A DNA stretch of 64,000 nt. Origin: Balanoglossus misakiensis (taxonomy: Eukaryota; Animalia; Hemichordata). The DNA is taken from positions 4,676,137 to 4,740,136 of the forward strand of contig CM082595.2 in assembly GCA_040954595.2 (NCBI GenBank), written 5' to 3'. Below are positions 13,601 through 26,341 of the stretch, in pieces (positions within the stretch are counted from its first letter, which is position 1; every line of letters starts with the position of its first letter). The notes under the pieces were generated by a model. The model made no database searches and was not told the origin of the DNA. It was given only the letters and a program-made list of their open reading frames with translations. The position numbers and the translations under genes were made by a program.

Positions 13601-16412
13601 CAGAAGAGCTCTAACCATTCGGAAACACAACTTCAAAGCATTTGCCTCCAGCATCAAATTAGCACCAATTCGGAAAATTTCCCCCTGCAAGCAATAATTA
13701 TTGTAAACAACACTTCTGCACATAAAAGAAAGAAGTCTTCACTCAATTTGACTTCAAGAATTTCCTTTAGCTTTGCAGTTTTTTTCTTAAAGAGGCTGAT
13801 TTTTTCAGCTCAATGTATTCTTGTGATATGGAAATGGGATGCCCTGCTGTTAAGTGATGAGATTTTTGTTTTGTTGAATCAGAGCGGAAAAATCAAAGGT
13901 GTGTGAAACCAGACAATGGGGGGCACAAGACACCTTAATTACACGTGTTAATTGGATGTCATAGATATCACTTACTTAGGATACAATCTTGTGGGGGTCC
14001 TGTAAAACCGTTTGAGTTTGCTGCATGCATTTTTGGTGAATTTACTTTTTCAGTTTATTTAGCAGGTTTGTAATTTAGCAATAAAGAAAGCTTAACCATG
14101 GTAACTATACCTTTGAGGTTTGATCAGAATAAGCAGCATCTTAAATTAGCGAATTTACAGATCTAGCTTAATTAGTTCTAGCTAAAAAAGACATGTTTGA
14201 CAGTATATGATGACTGTTGGTAATGTAAGGGTAGAGGTTTTAAAAGTTGGCAGTCTTTTCCTTTTGAAGTTGGCTCGCAATTTGATGTATATCACCATGA
14301 GTGTTTAGATTGGTGAAGTAGAGTAACTGAGTGTTGATGGGCTTATGGGGGATTAGCTGGTGGGGCATTCAGTTGAAATGGGTAATGTTTCGGTGAAGGT
14401 GACTAGGGTGATGGGGAGGGTGGTTGGGGTGGGCATGGTGACATGAGGAGGGGAGGGGAGGGGAGGTATATCATAGAATGATGAGGAGTGAGCACATGGG
14501 AGATAATGTTGCAAACACAAAATGGATGTGTGCAGAAATAGGGGTAGCTGAGTTGATATGAGAGGGTATGGGAGGAAACAGAACTTTGAGAGGAGGGGTG
14601 AGATCAGGGGAGAGGAGGGGGGAAGAGCGGATGGCAAACAGGAGGAAAAGTGAGTGTCAGGAGAGACAGCGTTCATGACCATCAAACTCCCCACAGCTTT
14701 CTGAAATTGGTCACAGGATAAGAATCTCCATCCTTCACATTGAATGCAGTCAGAATCTATTCATCCACAAATTAAGCCTTGCTAAGTCAGTGACAACTAT
14801 TTCTCCCTTGGTTGTTAACTTGTTCTCATCTCAATATTCAAGTAACGTGTTTAAAACACCCCTATTCAGTCAATAATGGTTGAGATGTTAAATCACTACA
14901 AATGACAAATATTCACCGTACGGCCAAAGATTTAGAGTGAAAAGGAGTTACTTTTATGATTTCTTGCTAGAAACTAGATCCGGTTGGCAACGGTGTGTTG
15001 TAAGTTTTTTTTTTCTCTAGGGATGAATAAACGTTGAATCGGTGGAAAATGACAAGTGGTTGCTGATGATGCCCATTGTATTAACAACCCATTGGCACCT
15101 TTGAGCAGGCCGGGCATATTTCCCTTTTCAAAACCGGAAATCTACGAGGCTACTTAAAGAGCGGTCGAACCACAGAATGATATCGACAAGGCTACATCAA
15201 ACAAACTCCGCAGCAGAGTGAGATCTACCCTGCTGGGATGTGTCTTTCACCGAGCACCTTTGTGGTCACAAACCTCGGCCATACATTACAGACAGCCTAC
15301 CGTCAAATTCCTCCATCATGCTGGGTTTTATTGTCGTTCGGTTGCATTTTTCACCTCTGCAATAACAGCTGCACTGACTTTGAAATCTCTAAAGAAATCT
15401 CTAAAGTCACAGTGAGGGGCACAAACAAGCACAGGAGATCAAATGCTTAAAGACGGAACCCTGGGTTGGAGCAAAAAAGAAAATTAATCCACATGTTTTC
15501 AACAAGTTTTGTGCTCTGCTGTGAAAACAAAATCCTACATTTCAGATTCATGAGGTTTTTATTCCTAGGAATATCATTCCCCGAAGTAGGAAGTCAATTT
15601 TTTTAGTTATGTGTCATTGCAATCTAAGTACAAATTTTGTATTTAAAATAAAAACCAAGAAATTGACAGCAAGCTTGCCTTCCATGTTTAAAGGGTCATG
15701 CAAAAACTTTGGGATATTTTCGACTTGTTCTTGACTTTTTCATGTACTTGTCGAGCTGGTCTTTTGACAGGTGGAATGCACTGCATTGTTATCAGCTTAC
15801 TTAAAAGCGGAAACTACCGATAATACGAAATTCTTCACTCTTCATCATTAGGGGGTATTTAGCCTAGTCATTGCTTCTGAGAGACTTTAGGTTTATCAAA
15901 CCAAACTACACACACACACTCTCTCTCTCCCCTTCCCCCTCTCCCTCTCTCCCCCTATCTCTCTCTCACTCCCTCTTTCTCCCTCCCCCTCCCCTCTCCC
16001 CCCAGTTTTAATGACTGGCAAATACAGAGGCAACTGAAGCAAAATGTGCAAGAAACAAAAAAGCTAGGAAATGAAGGCCAGAGCCTTCAATAGACATTTT
16101 AAGGTAATGGAATTCTCTTGTCTAATTGACAATTATGGAACAATAATACAGTCCAATTTTCTGACTGATTTGCCGCAAACAAATTGTTTCACTCAAGTGT
16201 ATCGCTCAGCATGGGTTAACTTTGAGGAGGGTTTTAGGATTTTAACTGAATCACAGTGATAAATTTACTACTAGTACTAGTACTAGTCTAGGTATCTTGG
16301 ACCCAACAAAAACCAAATAGAAACAGACCTTCACCCAACTAGGAACCATATACCACCACATGCAGAAGTGACTTGCACGGGGGACTTGAACAATTACAAC
16401 CAAGCCCAGGGT

Positions 16413-16505
16413 TTAACCCTCCCACCAAAATAGTTTGGTCCAAATCAATTGTTTTCTATGGTAAAGTCAGACCTTTAAAAGGGAAATGAGGGGGGAAGGG
16501 GTTAA
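16413..16505. mobile_element. ~90-bp piggyBac-like MITE (TTAA-CCCT...GGG-TTAA)
   Basis: ttaaccctcccacc..ggtccaaatcaattgtttt..gggaaggggttaa, homologous to 24672, 27381, 38485 and 19851. Confidence 0.65.
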
Positions 16506-19500
16506 AACCCATCCTCTTCAGAATGAGATTCCTATCTCTTCAGTTTGTGAGTCCAAGCGCTCACATTACTACAGTATCAAAATAGCATTTCATGGACTTT
16601 GTAGAGCAATTTCTCTTTTTGTGATGCAGATACAAGGACAGATCAACTCGGAACTGATTCAGCCATGGAGAGACGGAGAAGAGCAGGAGCCATCGATCCC
16701 CAAATCTCATAATTGAGCTAATTGCCACTTAGAGTGCGGCTAATGCCCCACTAATCATCAAAACATTGTCTAAGACCGGGGAGTAAGAAACGAACAAGAC
16801 CTCCCCATGGACTTCCCCTGTAATTGACAACACTGCATTCATTTCCATTCCCGGTGTTTCCATTTGCAAAAAAGCAGGAAGCAATTATTGGATTTCTGGG
16901 CACCAAGTGACACCTTTGGGCCAAACAAGGATTGTCTTCTTGCTCAGTCTACCGAGTACTTCCACTCGGATAAAAATATCGGCTACTAAGTGCTCTCCAT
17001 TGGAGGGCTGTTTGCCCCGATTGTGCAAATTACAAGATTGAAAGCTTGGTCAGTTGTTTGAAAATGTTTTTAACATCAGTGAAACTTGTGGAGGATGGGA
17101 GAAGAGAAAAATCAGAGGAAAGAGAGGAATAGAATATTTTCCAAACTTCCCAAGACCCTGCAAGATCTTTGAGTGCCATGCAGTTTATTTGGGATATAAC
17201 ATTCTCATGAGACACAGGACATGGCCCATCGTGTTACATGCCATAAAAGTTATAATTTTTGTTAAACTCTGGTCACGTAACAGTACCTCTGTAGATATCG
17301 CAAACATTTTCCGTGTTACAGTATGTCATTGTGTATACTCATAAGGAATCTACAAAGCATGTAGCGGGATTACCGACACACACAGCGACTGTGCTAGAGT
17401 CCATGTTCACCCCCGAAGACTGAGACCAGGAATAAGTACTTTCCAAAACCAATACAAACAGATATTTTCTTTCACCTTCAACAAACAAACCTTAACAAAA
17501 CTTAATACATACTGTACTCTGCAGAATACTGCGCATTAAAGAAGAAAAAATCCATTCACAACAAACACCAGTTGACTGCATCAATTTGAAACAATAATCC
17601 TGTTTTCTGAAAAACAATTCCAAGAATTGCGCCACCAGGGAAATATCCCAGTCAAAAAAGGGATTTACAGACAAAACAAAGATTTTTTTTACTCTAAGAG
17701 CCTCGATCGGCTTAAGCTAATCTAATAACACAATAGTCACTTTAACAGTTAGAAAAGTAATCTAATGTATTAGTAAGCTGTATAGTCAGCTGATGTATTT
17801 TTCAGTAGAAAAAAATGGTTAAAGGTAACTTAAACTAAAAGTGATGAATAGTGGAGTATTTGCTTTGGTGATTTGATTCTATTTTCAGAAACCAAGAGGA
17901 TTGACCCCTTAAAGCCCTACTAGCTCCCATTTTTTGCATCATTATCATGATTGCACTTTCAAACTTACATAAGCTTCCTGATGCGTATACACAAATACAA
18001 ACTCTGATTGTGGCTGTACATTTAAATATGAAGAAGTTAAATAACAAACCAGTGCTGCATTGACTTATTCAGCCGCCCTAGAGTACATTACTACTGTGGT
18101 ATGCGTACACGGGTTAGAATCTCTACAAAGTCAAAACTGTGTCGACTGAAGATTAGGAGAAACTTGACGTATTTTATCGATTAAAAATATGCTAAAAGAG
18201 ACAGATATTTGGGCTTTAATGATAAAAAGCAATGTCGTTGAAGGCTCTTTCTAATGAATTACAGCATATTCTCACATCTGGAGACAGCAGCATTATGGGA
18301 AGATTATGCAAATTAGAAGCCGCAGAGCAGGGAGGCGTGTACCTCACATTTGTGGGCGGGGCTTCAGCAGATCAAAGCCATTCCCCCCCAAATCTCAGTT
18401 CCCTCCTCCGTTTTGCAGATACATAACTTATTCACAGCAGGGTGTGTATAGATTTTTTTTTACCAGTTTACAAAGTATGAGCTACTGAAACCAAGAACAA
18501 TTTTTCACTTTCTACAAGTTCTTCATGCGTAAGAATCATCGCATGTATACCCAATGACAATTCTCCTACTGAGTCAGACACAAACTGAAGCAAACTTTAT
18601 TTTTTTGTTCGGTTTCTGTTCCCGAGAAGTTTAAAAAATCATTTCCACTTGAATGCGTCTTGGTTCCCACACCGCAGAAAACAGAAACGCAACCAATAAT
18701 CTGGGTCTGTTCATCTCCCCTCTTTGATAAGCCACATTTTTTTCACACTTCAAACCGTGGGACTTTTTCTTTTTTCAATTTAATCAGTCGCCAACAGACA
18801 GAGGTGTTGCGAAGAGGTCAAGAGGTCGATGCATCAAAGGGGAAAAAACGGTCTCCACACAATAACGCAATAACGATGCCAGTTGAGAAATAGAGACTGA
18901 TCTGCCAAGGGGGAGTTTGTGTCTTTATTTCGCGTCTGATAATATTGTCATTCGTTCCATAGCTTTTGATTGAATTCCCACGCACTGAGGCATATCATCC
19001 CTGGAACCTGAGTCAAGGGGCAGTCTCTATTTTGTGACCCAGAAAACTTTTTTCAGTCAGAAAACACACCAACCCATATACATTTATTTTGCAAGAGATA
19101 TGTCTACAATCTTTGCAAAACTGGTATATTCATTATACACAAATAACAATCTGATGTGACAACATTATTCAATGTGCTGTAAACACTGACTGAACTGTAA
19201 CAAACATAATTTTGAGTTAATTTGAGGATTTCTACAAATTTCTCTGAGTCAGCCCTATACCTTTGCATAATGTGTTTATTTATTTTTTGAGTCACCAGAG
19301 AGTTTGTTGAGTCAGTGGTGCATCATATGGGTTAAGAGGCCACACTGTCACATATGTTTTGAGGATTTAAAAAAAAGGAGTGCACCACTACAATGCTGGT
19401 GAGGGGCTGAAAGACCAGGGTATCCCCCCGAGGGATGGTTTTTTCACACCACACCCTCGGACCACGAAAAGTACATGTGAAAAGTTCACTGGGTTGAAAG

Positions 19501-19850
19501 AAAGAAGACTGTGTTCCCTAGGTGGATTACATTACAAGCTGTACAAATCAGACATTATTTTTACGGACTGGAAAAAAATGCAGCATCTAGGGGTATGTGC
19601 ATCCTGTTGTTGAGACCAATACAAAACATGATGCATGCCTACATCAGTACATGTGACAATTTCAAAAGTGGAGAAATTAAGTCTACCATTGTTTAGGGAT
19701 AGGAAATATACACAGACCAAAAATAACAAAAAAGTGGCAAAACACATGGCTTCGAGGGAAAGTGATTTGAACAGGTATAAAGAGCAATTTGGGGAAAAAC
19801 AATACTGGCACATTTTGAGCAAATGCCACTATGCGACCAGAATCACTTGT

Positions 19851-19925
19851 CCCTCCACAGAGGTCCATGCAACCTTACTATAGAAAACAATGGGTTCGGA
19901 CTGAACCATGGTGGTGAAAGGGTTA
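19851..19925. mobile_element. piggyBac-like ~90-bp MITE, inverted partial copy
   Basis: agaggtcc..aaccttac..aaaacaatgggttcggactgaaccatggtggtgaaagggtta is the reverse complement of the 27381 copy. Confidence 0.65.
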
Positions 19926-22244
19926 TTAAAGATCTCTCTGTTACGGCAGGTATTTCTTTATTTCAGCTTTTGGCCATTTTAAGCCACCAGTCTCCTTCTT
20001 CTGTAAGAACACATGCCAGCGTTTGTTCCGTTCAAGTCATGCGAACAAGGCCTGTCTGAAGAAACCAGGTAGTCCGTACGTCCTGCAGACTTTATCCTGA
20101 CTGGGACAATATCTCAAGGACATCCCAAACAACACGATTCTCCCGACGATCAACACAGGTATTAAATCTAATCTGGTCGGAGGAGCTTTAAGCGAGGTTG
20201 CAGTCGTTTTGTTGTGTCTGTCTTAAGTTTGCGGGGTTTGTGTCCCGGCATTTGAGGTCGATTGTCCGCACAATGCTGGGAGGAGGGGGGAGTCTTGGGG
20301 ATAAGCAGCTTGGTGAAATCAATAACTCATCATTACCCGATAGAATTGATCCAGACAGTTTTTTTATTGTGTTTGCCTGTGTGGTTAACGTTATAGGCAT
20401 TCAGCGGGATTTATCGAGCATGTCTGCGGTTTTCTTTTGCTATTGTGGTGTGATTTCTTGAGGTTATTATGCAATTGTGTTGAGCGCGATCACTTGAGAC
20501 AAACTGCTCATCATCTCTTGAAACTTTGTGAATGGGTTTGATGCGAAAAAATCAATACAGCGACCTTGCCGCTGATTGTGGGAAACATGGATGATAGCGG
20601 AATGGACTCAGTGTTTCATCCAGGATGGCATCAACAGGGGAGGGGGGGGGGGGATATATCCCCCTTTGCCAGAATTTTTGGGGGTATTCCACTCTGGCAG
20701 GAGGGGAATGTATTATCTCCTACATATGAGTGACATCATTCTAAGGGGCACTCGTCCCCCCTTGACAAATTGCTAGGGGGTACCAACATCTCAACATTGG
20801 GTGAACCCCCCCCCCTCACCCCACCCCCACCAGATTTATCTAGCATGGCTTTTTTCTGTCATTTTTATTAATTAATGTGAGATAGTGCAAATGGGTACAG
20901 CATGATCAGCGATGGCAAACCCTTGTAATCTCACATACTTTGCAAAATGGCTTGATCCAAAAAAATCAATACAGTGACCTCGGCTGTAGCAGGAAGGCAT
21001 GAAGACAGAGATTATGTCATTTATGTCTATCACCAATGAAATGATGCAAGAAAATACAACTGAATGAAAGTTTACAAGTTTTTAGGGGGGCAATATATCA
21101 ATGTTTTCCAGAACACTGGCATGCACGATGACCTCATTTTGAAGCTCGTTTAATACAAACAATACAAAGTATTTTTAAGTTGTTTAAAACACGTTTTTCA
21201 GACAGTTAAGATCCCGCACAATACTTAACACAGTTTAAGAGTCTTTTCTCTGAGCTGCACAACATCAGTTTGTATACAGATGTACATTGATTACTTGGCA
21301 TACGGAACATAGTGAAACATTTTAAAGAGCGTTTTGACAGGTATCATAATTCACATTCAAGGACATCTCTTTTTCAACTACATTAAAGGGGAAATGAACA
21401 TTAGAGTGTTGTTTTGAAAGGGTGAATTATTTGCCTAACTTTGTTAGAACATTTCATCTCAGGAGGACACAACTTCTGCGTATACAAATGTTCTGCCTAA
21501 CTTTTTTGAGTCAACAGCTCAAGGTGTTTGAGTACAACAAACCTGCCTAACTATGTTACACAAAGCGCGATCTATCCTCCACACCGCACATTTAACTCGT
21601 CACGTTCTGTCCCTCATGAAGTGTAACTTGCTTGCTAACTGTTGCATATGCTCCTCTAGTCTGGGCAGCTTGAATTTTACTGGACTGGAACGATTTGCTT
21701 TTGCTGAGATCACTTAACAGACAGACTCCGTGAAATGTCAACCGTCTCGACCGCTTACCTGCAACAACTTGTTCTCTCTGCTGGTCAGTCTTGAAAGCGC
21801 ATGCACTTACCGTGTACAGCACCAGTGATGTCCATGGTTGCACTGCGATTGTGGTGGGGTGTGAGGGGATGGGCCAAATGGGGGACAGGGGGTGGGGTGG
21901 GTCTGTTTTCTACTATCGGGCAAACTATCAGGGGACTTGAAAGTGACTAATATGCCGTGATGAAGATCTTAGCTTAAATGAGGAGGGACTGGGAGTACAT
22001 CTTTCAAATCATACGGGGGGACACACTCCATGGTCTGTTCCAGCAACATTCAGATACATATACTGACAATATACACACGGGACCACAGCACACAGCTAAG
22101 CATGCCAGACATCAGCATTCAGAACTATCAGTCTCACTTTCCTATCTTTTGCTATCTGTATCTCGTGCTGTCATCTCCACAACCACGCAGTCCCATCCCA
22201 CACAACACAGAATCTCACACCCAATAGTAGTGTGAAATCCTTAC

Positions 22245-25200
22245 TGAGTTCTTCGGCCAGTTCTACCCTTCTGCCTGTCAGAAGTTTTGTTTTCATCTCC
22301 CGTTCTTCGGAAAATTCCTCCAGAACTTGCTTCACTTCCTTTTCAAGTCTCCCAGCTGTTACAGAAACCCAAGAGAACAGATCAGAGTCAATACTGTAAA
22401 TTATACAACCCTCAAAATTGCTTCCCAGGTCAGTATGATAAATTATACAACCTCAACATGGATGTCAATTCTACACAACCATTCTTCCTTGCACATGGTT
22501 TCAGGTCCCCAATGTAGTCAGTAAAACAAAGTCATTCATTTCATTGGACTTATAATTGCTATTGAGTATCTGATTAAATACTCTCATATATCTCACCTTC
22601 TGTGTTGACAATTTGTTGTCTTAGTGCATTGCTTGTAACTTGCAACATCCTTTGTATCCTCCAAAATAGGACAACATCATTACAATCCAACTGTAGGAAA
22701 GAAGAGTGAACAGTGATGGGCATTATAACACTATTAAGTAATGCATCCAAACCCATTATTAATTTTGTCTATGTTAGTTCATGGATGACAGCTATCAAAA
22801 TCACAATAAACGTCAATGAAATCTAAAATATTGAAAAAGTGACATTGGTTTATGCATAAAAACAAAAACTGCATATCATGGTGCCATATGAGGGCGCCCC
22901 TTAAAAACAAATGTTCATTATATATGAACGCTAGAGGGCGCAAACCGGATACTAGTAACATGTCAATTTCCAGTGCCATTGCAGAGTTGGATTTTTACTG
23001 AAATGGTGATTTCTCATTGCTGTAAACAGGTAAACAAGCTCATTTCTTGCATTTATATTTGTTTTACTTACTCCTGAATCTGTAAATCCTTTTTGGTAAT
23101 AATAAAATCCTTTCCTGCAATCACTGCCCCGTTGCAACGCTGCCTTCAGGAAGTGTCTCCTGTACAACTGGTGCCAGGTTTCTCGTATCTAGTGAGAAAG
23201 GAACAAAGTTGTTGTGATAGAGGAAATGTATATACTCATGTCATCAAAGTACACGTGTATCTACACACAGAGAAATGGCATGTTTAGAAGCAAGCAGAGA
23301 AACTTGCCAAATGCCATAACTGAAAGTCACACTGACTTGTTCTCAAGAATTTGTGTTAAATATAACATTTCATTTCTTCAATATGTCTTTGACAAGCAAT
23401 ATTTACATCCAGTATTAAGACGTATGAAGCCCTCTGCTGTACCAGATGGCTTGACAGAAAGTGTCTGCTATCTTCTGATGGCAAAGGATGTACACAGCCG
23501 TGACATCTTGAATATGTTGCTAATGCCATCTTAACATGTACTGTTTTTTTTATTAACTTTTTGGTGTTTTAATTATGTAATTCTCTTCTGTTGAAGGCAT
23601 AATAAAAATAACAAAAAATAAGAAAGAACACAAAACATTACTTGTACATGCAAAACAATCAGCATTGACTTACAAATTCATTGTCTACATCAACTGCCCT
23701 GGTTTGTAGATTCTTCCTAACGGTTGTAATTTCATCACTGGCCAGAGTTGGTTTGTGTTTCTGTGAGGAAGAAAAAAGCAAGAATCAGATTGGGGTGCTA
23801 TTGCTCAGTTGGCAGAATAAGCCATTGGACGTTGCTGACACAAAGCTACACAAACATCAGATTTGAAATTCACACACAAAACCTCCACTCAGATCAAAAT
23901 AAAACCAAAGATATTGTAGCAAGACGTTTTTTTTTCTACAAAACATTCAGAAGGAATTATTCAGAGTGATCAGAAAATTAAAACAAATTTAGCAGATATG
24001 CAGTCAAACCTGTGTTAGTGACCACCTCTATATAGTGGCCACTATGTTACAGGCCCTGTGCAATTCACATGTGCGTTAATTAACCTCCATATGAAGGCCA
24101 CCTGTCTATATAGACCAGTTTAGAAAAGTCCCTTGACTGGCCACTATAGACAGGTTTGACTGTATAAGTATGAGAACGAACCTACAGCATTGTCTAAAAA
24201 AACTTACTTTGTCAGCCTGAAGGAGTTTTTCAAGCTCTGACTTGGTCTCACACCGACTAGCTTGTTCCTCGGTTCTATATTTCCAATGCAGCCATCTCTC
24301 AGCTGCACCTGGTCCCACCATTTCATAGATGCGTTCATCAGCTGCAAAAACAATATAAGATTACGTGGTTGAGCAGACTGTATTCCCCCTTAAAAACACA
24401 AACAACTATTCTGTGTCTAATGAATGGGTTTTTCTACACTCTACTGCATGCTGAAATGTCATGTACTCAGCTTGTCAATATCACCCTAATGCAGGTGCTG
24501 ATATTGCTAATGGTTGCATTTACAAGTTAGGTTAATGCACATAATCCAGTGATTTTTGCCAAATTTCCCACTCATTTTCCAACAAGTTGATGAATGTGAA
24601 TCTAATCATTTAAGAATGTCAAGAACAATCAAATTCTTTCATTCACGTTCATGTAAGTTCGCCCACTGCAGCTAACCCTTTCACCACTATGGTCCAGTCC
24701 AAATCCATTGTTTTATATGGGCAGGTTGTACCTCTGTAGAGGGAACTGGGGGTGAAAGGGTTAACCAGACAATATAGTTATCCATTCTGACAAGCACCCA
24801 GTGCCACACAATCTAATACAACCAAGTGCCGACTACCACTCACTTTCTTTAAGTCTCTGAGTCAGGATTGTCTCCATGAACTGAACAGCAGAATCCCACT
24901 GCGTTTTCTCACTGATGGATCGATCTTCCAATGTGTTCAGCTGGATCACACGCTGGGAAATAAAATCAAGTGCATCGTCAAATACATATATGTATACTGG
25001 AAAGATTCACTTCAATGTTGAGGAAAACTAATCAGTAATCTTATATTCTTCTCCTTTCAGAGAGATGGATTTACAAGTTCCTCGAGACAAGCACTCGCAG
25101 ATGAATTCATCAGATCGTCCTGCTTGGTCATCCAAGGTAAAACCCAACTACTATTATTTTTATTCTGGCTTAGGCAGGAAATGAAGGAAAAGCACAAATC

Positions 25201-26304
25201 TATCCTCAATTTAATTTTGGGAATTTAATCTGGGAATTCATTCCCTGTTTATGTGTACCGTATGTGAAGGTGGACCAGGCTCCTTTGAAATGACATCACT
25301 CATTTACTGAGATTGTAAGATTCTATTAGTCTCCCATACCAGAGTGCGCCCCCCCCCCCCCTTTCAAATATTCTGGCAGACAATCCCTCACACTGCATAT
25401 TAGGTAGTCACACTGAAATGTTAAAACCACGACGAACACTCACCAAACTATCCAGAGCCAACTCATGCCACTTATGTCTGTTAACACTCTCTTGTTTGAC
25501 GGAAGACTTCAAATCATCAAATATTGCATCGTGGTCCTTCTTAGTCTTGTCTTCATCCATGATCTTCGAGGTCTGCTCCAAAAGTGTCTCCCAGCCAACC
25601 TGTATTTGCAAATAAGTACATCTTTACATTTTCTGTCTTAAAGGAACATTAGCTGTAAATTTTGGCATTATTTCCAGTATTTTTGTTCTGTGTACCAAAT
25701 TTCTTTTCAACTCCAAACAGCATGGTTATATACCCAGTACTCCACTTGTCAACATACCCTGTATGTGTGTAACTGCCGTTGTTATTGTTGACAAATGAAT
25801 TCTAGTCTGGACTTAATTTAAACTGTGCACAATAACTATACACATAGATGATGTTAATTAAAAACCTTACCTCAACACTTTTTCTGGCTAGCTGTTGCTC
25901 AGCCCATGTTTTCAATTTGATATCAACTGTTGTGTTGAACACTCTAAGAAAGTCAAAAATAAAAACGAGAAATGAAACTGAGAATTTGTAGGGTGGTGAA
26001 ATTTAGGGTTGTATGCTGTCATCAGACTGATTTTCAGAATTATAATATTTCTTCATCCCATTCATTGCTATATTATTATTAATAACTTGTCTGAAATAAC
26101 TTTGAAGGTAATACATTTTTTATTTATTACGATGGTATTCACAATTTTTCATTCAAGAAGATCAGAAACCCATATACCCGTTGCCATCTTCTCCAGAAGG
26201 GTCTCCAAATTTGAATTTCAATTTGTCATAATCTTTAGTTCGCCAAGGGCACCTTCGAATGATTACTAGCTGACAAACACATTGTAATCAAGAGAACAGA
26301 TTGT

Positions 26305-26341
<37 letters not shown>

